DNA of 64,000 nucleotides from Octopus vulgaris (GCA_951406725.2 OX597833.1:64666001-64730000); one strand, 5' to 3'. Positions 41,589 through 56,436 are shown, numbered from the stretch's first letter. A program made the numbers and translations. Notes: generated by a model not told the origin, from the sequence alone.

Positions 41589-41720
41589 GGTATGTATTAA
41601 TATGTGTTTGTATGCATATATTATGTGTGCATGTATGTATATATATGTATCTACATAATCTTCATTATATCCACAAACGAATAGGGATCTGAAATCCAGG
41701 CTGATGCCTTGCGAGCATTT

Positions 41721-41756
<36 letters not shown>

Positions 41757-43436
41757 ATAAATACATACATATCTACTATAATGTAATATAAAAACACAAA
41801 CATACATACATATATATATATATATGATATAATATATATATATGAATTTATATGTATATATACATATAACATATATATATATATATGATATAATACTATA
41901 AAATTTAACATCATATACATTTTCATCTATCTATTCATATATGCGCTTATATATATATGTATGTATGTAGGTACCCACACACGCATATACACACATACAT
42001 CAGCGCAGGTATGTGTGTATGTATGGATGGCTATGTATATACCATAGATTTGAATAGAAATCCCTGTTTATTGGATTACGTATATGAATACATCCATGTG
42101 TATCTTATATTATATTGTTGCCTTTTCCTTCTTGCATGTTTTATACGGACGATGTTCTTTGTGTGGTTTGCGATGAAATCCACACATGAACTCGCTTACA
42201 AAATCTTTTAACCCAGTAGTTTATCACCAAATAAAGTTGCATTCCCTTCCTGGCTTTTCTACTCTTACTTTCCTCTTTTTTCTTTCTCTCTCTCTCTCTC
42301 TCTCCTTCACTTTTCTTTTTTGTTGTTGTTTTTGTTTTTGATTTCCGTATCGATTCATATGAACACTGCCGTTCAAATATCCGAACATTGCTTATCGAAA
42401 ATTTGAACGGCTATATTGTTCATTAACAAAAATGTGTTGGAGATAATAAGGATTTGTGGAGAATCAAAACTCTATATTTAATGGAGAAACATGAATTGTA
42501 TCGCTGTTATCAATATGGGCTCCTTTCGAATTTTGCTGAGGGTGGTTAAATTATTAGGACACCCCTACAACAAAATTTGAACTGTTAAACGAACGTTTGC
42601 CCGAAACGTTGAATATAAATCGTTTACTCAATGAACAAAATGCCCAGAATCACTAAACTGCGTACACCATCATACCATCACGCCATCCTACTATCTATTA
42701 CCATAAAGAGAAATATCTTGTGTAACCAACTTCATTCAAATAAAATGTCCAAAATGTATGCTTAGTATAAATCCTGTGCAATTCAAGGATTATGCTAGAG
42801 CCACTGACGAAGGCGTCAAAACGTAAAATTACAAATTACAAATATAAACCAACGGATGTTTTTACCAATTCCACTAGTTCTGAACTGGAGTGTGTCTATA
42901 CTAAATTTTATGTATTCATTTTAGACATCTTTAAACGCTAACATAAAAAAATAAACAACGCAGTGATGAATGCAGAGAATTCGCCATATTGCCACCACTG
43001 CACTAGAGGAATGCAAATCATATAATTTTCAATCCTACATGTTCTGTGGTATTTAGGTTATATGTAATATTTTAGATTTTAATTTTACGTTCAGTTTTTG
43101 AAAAATCATTTTTACAAGGACACAGATAGTGTGTCAATAGCCAGCTGGAGGAGATGTCTTCCTGAGGCTACAAGCTACAGTAGCAATCGACCCTTAAGTG
43201 TTTACCACATTTAAGTGGCAAATATACTTCATTTTTACATTAATCTAATGAGTTACAGTCTACTTTTGTGCAGAGAAATGTATTATTCTGAAACGAAAAT
43301 ATATCATTAACAGTGACTTCGGAGTTTCAGTCAGTCAAAGCGTGGTCGGTCCGCCTTAAATGGCAGTTAGACGATGGCTTGAGTGGTCGATAAGTCAAAG
43401 TTACACTCAATAGTATTCTAGTTCAAGAATAAGATA

Positions 43437-43516
<80 letters not shown>

Positions 43517-43519
<3 letters not shown>

Positions 43520-43918
43520 TCTTTTACTTGTTTCAGTCATTTGACTGTGGCCATGCTAGTGCACCACCTTTTTTAGTCGAGCAAATCACCCCAGGATTTA
43601 TTCTTATGTAAGCCCAGTACTTATTCTATCGGTCTCTTTTGCCGAACCGCTAAGTAACGGGGACGTAAACACACCAGCTTCGGTTGTAAAGCCTTGTTGG
43701 GGGGACAAACACAGACACACAAACATATACACATACACATACATATATATATACATATATACGACGGGCTTCTTTCAGTTTACGTCTACCAAATCCACTC
43801 ACAATGTTTTGGTCGGCCCGAGGCTATAGTAGAAGACACTTGCCCAAGGTGCCTCGCAGTGGGACTGAACCCGGAACCATGTGGTTCGTAAGCAAGCTAC
43901 TTCCACATACCCGCTCCT
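43517..43918 (-). mobile_element. SINE family B
   Basis: Reverse complement of family B; tail abuts (TA)n. Confidence 0.9.
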
Positions 43919-44612
43919 ATATCACTTGTTTCAGTCGTTTGATTGCGGCCATGCTTAACTGGTTCTCGTTTCACCGACTCCGAAAGAATGAAAGGCAAAA
44001 TCGACCTCCGTCAAATTTGAACTCAGAATGTAAAGACAGACGAAATACCAGTTGACACTTTGTTATGTGCGGTAAGGATTCTGATAGCTCGCCTTGGGAA
44101 GTACAATAACAACATCATACCTTAAGGCGATTGTTAGTAATGTCAAGTGAACTTTCTAATAAAGCCGTATGTTTTACTGTGTATAATTTAATTAAAACTT
44201 CCAAATATTTATATAACGTTAATTTCTATGACAGTGACATGACATAGCGACAAAGCCTTAACGAGGCACAATTACTTCTGTAATATTACATGGCAATTTC
44301 GGAAAATTTATTAGTTTTGGCCCTATCTATAATATCCCTAATACACTGCTCTGCTTTAAACCATCCCATGGCTAATGGAGAACCCAGAAATGAATGCTTG
44401 TGATGCACAAAACAGCAGCCAAATGTCATTCAAATCACATCCCACTTTTTAGGAAATTTGTGTTGAATAAGGCCTTCTTTGTGTCTTTTCACACAGGAAG
44501 TAGAAGGATTTATAGGCATTCTTTCGATATGAGTCCCATTTACATCACGTGTATTTGTTTACATTTGACGAAGAAGATCGTCACTTTCCGTAGAATTTTA
44601 ATTTTTTTATAC

Positions 44613-44672
44613 ATGTGGGGTTAGGGGCGGGGGAAGGGTATCTTTTTTCTTCAGAAATGTAAATAAACCCAC
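44613..44672 (-). mobile_element. Fragment of the Merlin-like MITE family
   Basis: GGGAAGGGTATCTTTTTTCTTCAGAAATGTAAATAAACCC is the reverse complement of about 58397-58437. Confidence 0.7.
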
Positions 44673-44789
44673 GTGGGTTTATAAGTGGCAGTTATGTTAC
44701 TAGTACCGAATGATCGCCGAGGAACATAAAGAACAGCAACACCATTATGGAATGTCATCCTTCGCCATCAAGTCCAGGAATTTCCGTGG

Positions 44790-45527
44790 CGGTGGCGTAA
44801 GTAGATTACATCGACCCCAGTATTTAACTGGTACTTATTTGAGCGATCCCGGAAGGATGAAAGGCAAAGTCGACCTCGGCAGAATTTGAATTCAGAATGT
44901 GAAGACAGACGAAATGGATTGATTTCATATTGGTTTGAAATCTTGGCGCGGGGACGGGAAGTCCGGTCGAGTGGCTTAGTCGATTACATTATCTATACTC
45001 ACATCTGGTACTTAGTTCATCGACCCCGAAATGAAAGGTAAAGTGGACCTCGGCGGAATTTGAACTTAGAATGTAGGGATGGGAAGCACTCTGTAGGTTA
45101 CGACGACGAGGGTTCCGGTTGATCCGAATCAACGGAACAGTCTGCTCGTGAAATTAACGTGTAAGTGGCTGAGCACTCCACAGACACGTGTACCCTTAAC
45201 GTAGTTCTCGGAGATATTCAGCGTGAGACAGAGAGTGACAAGGCCGGCCCCTTGAAATATAGGTACAACAGAAACAGGAAGTAAGAGTGAGAGAAAGTTG
45301 TGGTGAAAGAGTACAGCAGGGTACTGCCGGAGCCTCGTGGTGCTTTAGGTGTTTTCGCTCAATAAACACTCACAACGCCCGGACTGAGAATCGAAACGGC
45401 GATCCTACGACCGCGAGTCCGCTGCCCTAACCACTGGGCCATTGCGCCTCCACACTTAGAATGTGAAGGCGAACGAAATGTCGCTTAGCGCTTTGTCCGA
45501 CATTCTAACGATTCTGGTCAGCTCGTT
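44790..45527 (-). mobile_element. Two diverged SINE C copies; the second (about 44945-45527) is split by SINE A
   Basis: GAAAGG(C/T)AAAGT.GACCTCGGC.GAATTTGAA occurs twice; the head resumes after 45464. Confidence 0.75.
45075..45453 (-). mobile_element. SINE family A, full length, nested in SINE C
   Basis: Reverse complement of 164-552; TSD ACTTAGAATGT at 45064-45074 and 45454-45464. Confidence 0.9.
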
Positions 45528-46022
45528 GATGTTTTAATATTATTATGAGGGTGAAACGATAAGACACAAAGATAAGTTTGGCTAGATTCGAACCCAAAAC
45601 TGCAAGAAATACAAAGCCTGCTACCGATAATTCGACGTTACTACCAACCACCGTCTTCGTCTTTTAACAGAACATATAATATTCATTGATCTACAAGTAG
45701 TCTGCAACAGACTGATAAATGGGTATATATCTATATGTAGAACTAACGTATTCTAATCACGTATCCGTATCGACCGATAAAATATCTAACGTTAAGCCTC
45801 TAAGATAACAGTGGATTTTATGTAATCTCGCCCAAATTTGAGCCGCTTCTGAAATGCCAGGTCACTGTTGCTGTTGTTGGCCAGACGTATGATGAAATAC
45901 ATTCTAGCCGTGACCATCCCATCTTTGTTATTTTTACATATACCTTCATACGACGACATCAAATGTTCCATCCTTTTACAGAATCCACCTTTAAAAATGA
46001 AATGTCATACAGGATATCGCAA

Positions 46023-46108
<86 letters not shown>

Positions 46109-46199
46109 AAGTTAATACAAACAAGAAAACAACAAGACAACAACGCAAGGATGTGGAACATATATATATATATATATATACGTATATACATACGAAAAT

Positions 46200-46516
46200 T
46201 TGAGGTTATAAGAGATAATGGTGTCATTGAGACCCAAAGGTGTCAGATAATGCTGAATAAGTGTTATAGACAGACCATAGTTAATTTCCAGATTCGGTAA
46301 TATTGCGAATAAGGGGTTCAACATTGGTCCTATGTCAGCGTGTGTATATAAGAATTTTTTGCGTAATAAGATAAAAAAAGCAAGGGTGTGTAGATATTAC
46401 AGCATTTATAGATAGAAGGTCTATAAATTCTCTAATATCTACACAGCCTTGTTTTTTTTATCTTATTACACAAAAAATTAATATATACATACATTACTAT
46501 ATACTGAACCTTTCTT

Positions 46517-46520
<4 letters not shown>
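46200..46520. mobile_element. Fold-back element in (TA)n
   Basis: ~60-bp arms 46353-46412 / 46420-46479 with a 7-nt loop. Confidence 0.65.
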
Positions 46521-46582
<62 letters not shown>

Positions 46583-46583
46583 A

Positions 46584-46654
<71 letters not shown>

Positions 46655-47129
46655 TATATTACTGCAGGACGCCACCAACTGTCTAAATAACATGAAATAC
46701 GAAAAGAAACGAGTTAAATACGCAACCGACGAGAGAAACGAATGAAAAAAGGACAAATAAACACAGAGAACGACCCTTCACCAGTTGTCGGCTGTCTATC
46801 TACTCCTCGTTCCCAGCATTCAACGATAATATGAGTCTTCAAAGACAGTTGTTCCCATAAATTCCAAAATAAAATTTTGGATTTATAGAGGGTCAAAGTT
46901 GGGACAAAAGCAGGACACTGGAGACATACAAGGAAGCCGAACGTTTTCGGAAAGTGAATTATAAATCAATTGCAGTGTTGTTAACTCTAGCCCATGTAAA
47001 ATACCTTGTGGTATTTAGGATGATCAATACGAAGATGTTGAATTGGCATATTAGTTAGACTATAGGATAAGGATTTCTAGTGACCTTTGTCAATCTCTCT
47101 GTCGTCTGAGCTCAAATTCTGGCGAACTC

Positions 47130-47660
47130 AGTTTTCTCTTTCATCCATTTTTGCTCAACTTAGCTAATGCAGTTTTTTGTCCAATCTACAAAAGCAGCTG
47201 AGTATATAAGTAATAATACTCCCAAGTATTTACAGCCTTCACAAAATTCGGACCATTTCCCTTTGACTTCATTAGCTTCCTCACATTTTTATGTACTCCC
47301 TCCCAATCTTCGTTTCCAATTCTATAGTTAGCACTTTGTCAGTTTCTAATACTCCTAGATACTTATAACTCTCTCCTCCTTTCAACGATGGTTTTTGGAT
47401 GCCTTCATTGAAAAGAGAACCAGTCAAGCAGCGCGGTCGATAAAATCGGCCATCTTCTGCCCGCAAATTTTCAGGCCTTGTACGTATATTAGAAACAACC
47501 GTTGCCTTCCTTTACCCAATATCTAAACACATCTTTATTCCCTTCTCATAACTAATATTGCACACTTATTTTTGCCAAATCCCATGCCTATATCTTTGCT
47601 GAAGAGGTTGGGTCAGTGGTTTGTTGGAATGCCTATAGACTCGAACAAGTTGCCTGACGA
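47130..47660 (-). pseudogene. Decayed R4/Dong-like reverse transcriptase fragment
   Basis: Frameshifted LFSKDIGMGFGKNKCAILVM, SLKGGESYKYLGVLE...IGREY and VRKLMKSKGNGPNFVKAVNTW. Confidence 0.8.
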
Positions 47661-47860
47661 TATATGTTGCAGTAGTTTAGGTCCCCACAGCAGGACTTGT
47701 GGCGGCACTGGTTCCAAGATGTCTCGACACAATCTTTCCTTGAACATGCATCGGTAGCGCGAGTAGGGAAACTTATATTTATTATCATGGCAGATTTCCT
47801 GAACAATAATCTTCTCCTCCCTTCACACACAACTGAAGATGCTTAGTCAATATCGATCAA

Positions 47861-48091
47861 AGGCGGCGAGCTGGCAGAAACGTTAGCACGCCGGGCGAAA
47901 TGCTTAGCAGTATTTCGGGTGCCGCTACGTTCTGAGTTCAAATTCCGCCAAGGTCGACTTTGCAATTCATCCTTTTGGGTCGATTAAATAAGCACCAGTT
48001 ACTCATTGGGGTCGATATAATCGACTTAATCCGTTTGTCTATCCATGATTGTCCCTTCTGTGTTTAGCCCTTTGTGGGTAGTAAAGAAATA
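47861..48091 (+). mobile_element. SINE family C monomer with TSD
   Basis: Head AGGCGGCGAGCTGGCAGAA, B box GAGTTCAAATTCC, end GTAAAGAAA; TSD TAGT(C/G)AATATCGATCAA at 47844-47860 and 48090-48106. Confidence 0.92.
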
Positions 48092-49184
48092 GTGAATATC
48101 GATCAATTTAAGCCGTATATCTGTAATTTTGTGCGACACTTTACGTTCTGAGTTCAAATGACGGTAGTGTTCCGTTGGTTATAATTCCAGCACGATCAAT
48201 ATTTTTTTAAAAATCTATTGTCGGATGAAGATTTCTATTCCCATGATGTTATCTAGACATGCATGGAATATGACATAGCAGATATCCCTACAGAAAATCA
48301 AAGATATTTCATCTATACCATATCTTTCATGCATATTGAGTTTTACTTTATCCAATGTATGTCACAGCGTTTTACGTCCGTAGATGTGATTGAGCTGATA
48401 TTAATTTCTATACGATTATTCGAAGATAAATTGAGCACGCAGCGGTTCGCTCTTTTTTGAAGAGATTCAGTTATTGCTATCGTTATAATTGTTGATGTTG
48501 TTGGATTTGATGTTGCTGCTGCTGTTAATGTTGGGTGGGGGAGCTTTCTTCTTCTTTAGCTCAAATGGACCAGATCTGTGATCACGTAGCTGCGATGATT
48601 TCGTCTTGCTTTCTAGACACAGCAAACGCATAACAAAAATAGCTAATATGAGCCGTTTTAAGAATCGCTGCTGGGAGTTGATCGAGATTTTGTTGCTGTT
48701 TCTAGCTATGAATGATCACATAAAAAGCTCTCTTTCTTTCTCATTCGCACAAAATCCTTCTGTCTCTATGTCTCCCCTTTCCCTCTCTTTCTTCCCCTCT
48801 CTCTTTCTTTATCGCTCTATCGCTTTCTTTCTTCAACGTATAAAAGAGATATTCATGCGATGACGATAATTCATTTCGTATTGCTCTTCCAAGTCTGTAA
48901 TTTTCATGCTTTTATTCTACTTATTTTAAATTTTTTTTTCTTTTTCTAGTTCCTATGATTTTTCAAATTTCATATTAACATGTTTTCATGTACCAAAATT
49001 TGTGCTGCTGTCGTAGAATTACAGAATACAATCCAATAAAATAAAATCAAATATAAAAATTTACCTAAATTAACATTTGAAAGCACCAACTGAAATTTAA
49101 TTAAAACTTCAAAGAAATGTATGTTTAATCCAAATTTGAAAAAAAATAATTAATTTAAATAATAAATGAATACATAACATATAC

Positions 49185-49252
<68 letters not shown>

Positions 49253-49759
49253 CAGTCCTTCATGAAATTTATATTCATATAATGTTTTCAATTTAAATCT
49301 CCAGGAACATATATTTCTCTTTCAAAAAGATAGACATTTGAAATGAAGAATATAAAATAAATAATTTTTAAAGAAAATGAGAGGAAAAAGTCGTCAAACA
49401 TATTTAATATTTACTGTTGCCGCTAGCAATACAAGGTTCGTTTAGAGTGATTCAGATATCACTGTTTAGCCCAAGGTCAGCTTATTTCTGTTTTCCTTTA
49501 TTCTCTTATCAGTCTTATGGTTATATATTTTCTTACCATAACCATGTCATATGTATTTCTTGATATATAATGAATTTGGAATTATGTCGTCTAATATGGC
49601 TTCCCTTCTTTAAGACCGACTCATGGTTATTGAAGGTAAGCTATATCTAGTTGTTTCCAGTTCTGGCCATCATATATTTAGAGCTGCATTTAGTACTTTA
49701 TTGTCTAAAGAATCTTTTACTTATTCAAGATAATATGAAGGTAATATATATATATATAA

Positions 49760-49882
<123 letters not shown>

Positions 49883-50029
49883 TTATATATATATATATTA
49901 TATATGTATATATGTATATATATATATATCTTTATATATGTATATAATATTTATATATAATATATATAATATATAGAATATATATATATATATATATATA
50001 TTTAAACGATAAACGTCGCACTTTTCAAT

Positions 50030-50282
50030 CCTAGCTAGGCTCATGAGCCCGGTTTCCCGGTTTCTGTGGCGTATGTATTCCCCCCCCACCACCACCACCA
50101 CCAGCTAGACGGGACGACAGTCCATCGCAAGGTTCCTCAAGAAACAAGAAGAGAGAGTGAGAGAAAGTTGTGGCGAAAGAGTACAGGAGTCACCACCACC
50201 CTCTGCCGGAGCATCGTGGAGCTTTTAGGTGTTTTCGCTCAATAAACACACGCAACGCCCGGGCTGAGAATCGAAACCGTGG
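50030..50282 (-). mobile_element. Hybrid SINE (family A body, family E tail), head lost
   Basis: CCCGGTTTCCCGGTTTC / GACGGGAC tail joined to GAGTGAGAGAAAGTTGTGG...GTTTTCGCTCAATAAACAC body. Confidence 0.8.
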
Positions 50283-50371
50283 TTGTATACATATATATAT
50301 ATATATATATAAATATAATAATTCTCTAAATGAGATATAGACAGTAACTGCTCCATAACATAAGGGACTAA

Positions 50372-50871
50372 AGCCATCTGAATATGGCTAGGGACAGGGC
50401 AGGGTGGTGGGGGTGTTACTGTTGCATTTAGCCCCAGGCGAACATCAACGTCGCCAGATAGGCTTGACACCATCACGGTGTCCTTTATCCTGCAAAGGGA
50501 GATAATTCCCCGATGAAGCGGAAACCACACACGGACCTAGGTTTCAAGGTGTATTGCCTATCATCAACGTGTGGTAGGCCCCCGCTTCCTCGACGAACAA
50601 CCCACTCTGCAGGATATTTATATATAGATTTTCGAAATCAGCAAATGTATTTTGCTTGAAAATCTATATATAAATATCCTGCAGAGTGGGTTGTTCGTCG
50701 AGGAAGCGGGGGCCTACCACACGTTGATGATAGGCAATAATTCCACTTCATCGGGGAATTATCTCCCTTTGCAGGATAAAGGACACCGTGATGGTGTCAA
50801 GCTATCTGGCGACGTTGATGTTCGCCTGAAATGCCAGTAACACCCCCACCCTTAGAGCCATATTCAGATGG

Positions 50872-50873
<2 letters not shown>
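50372..50873. repeat. ~500-bp inverted repeat (long hairpin) between (TA)n tracts
   Basis: Arms 50372-50633 / 50658-50873; inner 82 bp (50552-50633 vs 50658-50739) are perfectly complementary. Confidence 0.95.
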
Positions 50874-50922
<49 letters not shown>

Positions 50923-51202
50923 GGGGATTTGGCTGGTAGATCCAAAAGGTTTACAAATTCCGTCTTTCGTACAGATCGGAAATACGGAGCTTTTAGGGCT
51001 ATGCATTGTTGTGCGCCATTTTGTAGCATTTATATGTGTCTATGCATGTACGGAAGTTTTTACAAGGTGCATATTCATGCTATGTGCTATGCTATATTTG
51101 ACAGGTAGGTAGGCACACAGACAGACAGAAAGACTGGCAGACAGGCAGACAGACAGACAGACAGACAAATAGAGATAGACAGACAGATATATATATTTAT
51201 AC

Positions 51203-51249
<47 letters not shown>

Positions 51250-51291
51250 AGGATAGAGAGAGAGAGAAATAGATAGATAGACAGATATATG

Positions 51292-51331
<40 letters not shown>

Positions 51332-51346
51332 TCGATAGATAGATAC

Positions 51347-51419
<73 letters not shown>

Positions 51420-51469
51420 AAGATAGATAGATGATAGATAGATAGATAGACAGACAGACAGATAGATAT

Positions 51470-51504
<35 letters not shown>

Positions 51505-51999
51505 CGTCTGTGTTTGCTGATCCATTTGTAAATTTATATGTGCAGCGTTTTCCTCTGCGTTTACATGGCATTACCCCCCTCCTTCCCCACTCAATTATCT
51601 TAATATCCATCGAAGCTGCCGTCTTTGTCAACATTGTAGTGATGGAGTAATATAATTAAATATATCAAATACGAAACGTTTTAAATAATCGCCGCCGAAG
51701 TGATGAAATCCTAGATAGACAAGCGTTAAGTTCATTTCGTCGAAACGAAATTATAAATGTAAATATGAAGATGTCTAAGATTCCAATCATTTTCTTATGT
51801 TAAATGATTAGAAGAAATCTAATTATGATTCTCATAGAGAGCGCTTGAAATGGCAGAAGTTGTATGCCATTGGATTAAAATGCCTTGCGGTGTATAATTA
51901 CATAGTTTTAGTTCTGTATTCTGCGTTTAAAGTCCATCGTTGGTTGCAGTTAGTTTTATACATTCAAGAAAGCACCAGTAATATTTTGGGATCGAAGAC

Positions 52000-52362
52000 T
52001 GCGAGCTGGCAGAAACGTTGGCACGCTGGGCGAAATGCTTAGCTGTAATTTCATCTGTCTTTACGTTCTGGGTTCAAATTCCACCGAGTTCGACTGTGCC
52101 TATCATCCTTTTAGAGTCGATATATTAAATACCTATTTCTTTACTACCCACAAGGGGCTAAACACAGAGGACACAAACAAGGATAGACAGACAGGATTAA
52201 GTCGATTATAATCGACCCCAGTGCGTAACTGGTACTTAATTTATCGGCCCCGAAAGGATGAACGACAAAGTCGACCTCGACGGAATTTGAACTCAGAATG
52301 TAACGACATACGAAATGCCGCTAAGTATTTCACCCGGTGTGCTAACGTTACTACCAGCTCGT
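52000..52362. mobile_element. Tail-to-tail SINE C pair: partial + copy (52000-52132) fused to - copy (52127-52362)
   Basis: Heads at both outer ends; the copies overlap at AAATACC. Confidence 0.85.
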
Positions 52363-53120
52363 CACATGTAGACAAGCAGCTTCATTTTTGTATTAACCAA
52401 ATCCACTCAAAACTCTTCGCGTAGCGGGACTGAGCAACAAAACCTTCATATTGAGACGCAACCTCCTAACCACATAGCCACGCTGGCTCCTATATTAATG
52501 TAATGAATTTTGCACCCTAGCAATTCCGTTTATATCACACAGAAATCACAATAGTTTTCTATTATAGTTGTAATTGGTTTGCATGAATCCTTATCCGAAC
52601 ATGTGGTGAAACAGAGGTAAGGATCGCGGGCGTCTTAACAGCATTATGAACCCTCGCGCAAATCAACGTAATGTTTCCGATTGTATCGTATATTGACAGT
52701 CACCTCAACATTTATAGATCAGAATTAGTTTCCTGAAGTCGTGAGGCAAATTTCACACGACTGAATAATCAATTTCTTATAGAATTAACCAAATATGTAT
52801 TATAAAGAAGTGAAATACAATCAGTGCGTGTGTTTCTTATTGGCAGAATGACCGTCCCGAGATACACAAAATAAGGGCCGTGTTATATAATTCTTTCTTT
52901 CTTTAAGACGGAAACCAATAGTGTTGAGTATGGAAAGGTTTTCGCCCCGTTATGTCTCTTCGGATGTCTTTAGACAGGTCTGGTCATCCTTTATTGAAAA
53001 CACAGCCAGAAAACACATCATGCAAACACGATCATAGATTTCGGTAAAGCCGCTGAGATCGAACTTGCGAAGAGAGGGAGACAGAAATTGTGTGTGTGTG
53101 TATGTGAGAGAGAGAGAGAG

Positions 53121-53151
<31 letters not shown>

Positions 53152-53337
53152 CAGAAAGAGAGAGAGAGAGACAGAGAGAGACAGTGGGGAAGAGTAAGGG
53201 AGAGAGAAATGGAAGAAGAAAGGAAATAGAAACATACGTGAGTCAGAATTCCACATTCCTGATGGTGAAATAGTATCTACTCTATACACAGACGCACACA
53301 CACCAACATCCATACATACACACACACACACATGCAC

Positions 53338-53385
<48 letters not shown>

Positions 53386-53388
53386 GTA

Positions 53389-53476
<88 letters not shown>

Positions 53477-53536
53477 GTACGTTTAAATTATTGGCTAAAC
53501 TGGCAATATGACCATTCCGAAATATAACAATATATA

Positions 53537-53581
<45 letters not shown>

Positions 53582-53585
<4 letters not shown>

Positions 53586-53792
53586 TATAAAGATATGCTG
53601 GAACACAAAAAGGGGATGAATTTATCGATGAAAATCAAAAACGTTTATCCCCTTTTGTGTTCCCATATTTAGGAGCCCTTAATTGTATAACTACATGAAT
53701 AATATTTTTCTATATGAATAATATTTTTGTCTTATGACTAATTCATCTTTTGTGCTGGGCACCTGGTAGTAAATAATATTACTACCCTTCTT

Positions 53793-53797
<5 letters not shown>
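53582..53797. mobile_element. Fold-back-type fragment in (TA)n
   Basis: Arms 53593-53620 / 53644-53668, followed by CCCTTAATT. Confidence 0.5.
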
Positions 53798-53834
<37 letters not shown>

Positions 53835-53975
53835 TCACATTCAGTGAGTTACGGGTATAGATGCACAGAAAAACCTCTGGCATATGCATAAACATACGCA
53901 AAACTAATATATACAGATCTTAGAGACATTGATATATTCATCATGAATATGTATCTCTGTCTCTTTCTCTGTTTT

Positions 53976-54010
<35 letters not shown>

Positions 54011-54285
54011 TGCTCTATCTCTCTATCTCTGGGTCTGTGTGTTTGTACGTGTGTATATAGTTTTATAATATAAAATCTATGCATTTACGTATTATGCTAT
54101 AGTATATGTATATATGCATATGCATGTATGTACATGTATGTATGTGTGCATCTATGTATGTATATGTATACACACACACACTCACACACGCACAGACACA
54201 CACACAGACAGATTGAAAAATAGACAGATAGATAGAAAGATAAATAGATAGATAGATATATATGTATATATATATATATATATAT

Positions 54286-54357
<72 letters not shown>

Positions 54358-54471
54358 GTTAGATCGAAGGAGAGAGAGGGGGAGAGAAATGATCCGAAAA
54401 GAATTACAAGACAAGTATATTTAATATTAGTGTATTAATATACATGACTCTATATGTTTTTAAGTATATAC

Positions 54472-54523
<52 letters not shown>

Positions 54524-54579
54524 GCAGAAATATGTACACAAAAATACATCTATACACACATTCATACAGATATACACAC

Positions 54580-54654
<75 letters not shown>

Positions 54655-54732
54655 TATACACATATATATATATATATGCATATATATATATATGCATATG
54701 TATGTGTGTATGTATGTATGTATGTATGTATT

Positions 54733-54772
<40 letters not shown>

Positions 54773-54781
54773 TAGATAGAG

Positions 54782-54857
<76 letters not shown>

Positions 54858-55208
54858 TTATGTGTACGATACATATACATATATTCTGTTTCAATTTAGT
54901 ATGCATGCATATAAGAAAAATGTTTCTATTTGCTTATTCTGGTTCCTGTCTTGATGTTTTGTCGGGTTATTATTTAGTTCTTTGTGTTTTGTTTCATTTC
55001 GAAGCAACTGCTGCTGCTAGTGCTGCTGGTGCAATATATATATTCTATTTGTCATGGCACCAATCATTTTACCATTATTATCTCTCTATGCGAGTACGTT
55101 TTAAACAAATATCACGGGATTTATAGATTTTCAGTAGAAGCTAACCGAGGTTCCGTATGTGTGTTATGCAATATGGAATCTGATGTCAGCTACAATGTAC
55201 ACTACATC

Positions 55209-55272
55209 AAACAATAAAGGCTCTTTGTGTTCAGCAGATTAACATGGCGGAAGTGAAAACACAATGACGTCA
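55209..55272. promoter_or_regulatory. Candidate cis-regulatory motif cluster
   Basis: AACAAT (Sox-like), CTTTGT, overlapping AACATGGCGG (YY1-like) / CGGAAGTG (ETS-like) and TGACGTCA (CRE) within 64 bp of non-repeat DNA. Confidence 0.25.
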
Positions 55273-55451
55273 GGCTAATACTACTTTCGTAAACTCGTAT
55301 CGATGCGTTTGCGTGTTCAGATATATATATATATATATATGCGCGTGGCTGTGTATGAGTGTATGCACATGTGTGATTGTTGTGTTTGTGTATACGTAGA
55401 GATACATAGATTAGTATGTTCATAAATGTGTATATATATATGTACATATAT

Positions 55452-55496
<45 letters not shown>

Positions 55497-55505
55497 CATA
55501 TATAT

Positions 55506-55559
<54 letters not shown>

Positions 55560-55577
55560 TATGTATATATATATATG

Positions 55578-55611
<34 letters not shown>

Positions 55612-55766
55612 TTAGTGTGCATGTATCTGAGATGTTTGTGTGTGTGCGTATATATATGTATATATTCACGCATGTATACATATCTAAATGCATATATTTG
55701 CAAACGCACATACATCATTTATCTCTTTAACTACCCCTCTATCTTCCTCTTCCTACTCTCTCTGTC

Positions 55767-55804
<38 letters not shown>

Positions 55805-56386
55805 TATATAGGCACTTAGACACCCGTAGACACAAACTCTGCCAACCTTCTTACTTCGTGACTTGTCCTTATCTTATGACACAACCATCGCTCATATCTA
55901 CACGCAGACAAAGTCAAGTACACATTCTCACGTACATAAACACCAACACACGTACTTATGATCTCTGATCTTGCTCCTCCACCATTACCACAGCCACAAC
56001 TATCTGTTTCTTCTATATAAAATAATATATGGACCACCGACCGCTGTTATTGATTTTAAAATACCTGTAAAACCAGGCGCTGAGCTCAGTTTTTTCCATC
56101 CATCATTTTCCTCGCTAATACAAACGAGACATCCTCTGCATTACGATAATACACTCACCGCACCTTAATATATATTGAACAAAACACAATGTTAAAATAT
56201 AAACGAAGCCGATGTTAATGCAATCAGATATGAAAGAGGAAAGATATGATGAAGGAAATTAATGATATGTATAATTAGGTGAAGAAATTAACGCAAGACC
56301 CATTCGAAATTTGTATTAATAAATTTAAGAGAAAACATGACTACATGTAGGAAACTCAAATAGAAGAGGATATCTAGAGTATACAT

Positions 56387-56436
<50 letters not shown>

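Noticed and set aside
42803-42826. CTGACGA-AGGCGTC-AAAACGTA hammerhead-like string
   Set aside because: GAAA is broken and there is no stem I pairing.
46690-46940. Possible further Penelope-like/hammerhead fragment beside (TA)n
   Set aside because: Core and stems could not be assembled convincingly.
50508-50550. CCGATGA-AGCG-GAAACC...GGTT hammerhead-like string within the long hairpin
   Set aside because: No stem II and no stem I pairing.
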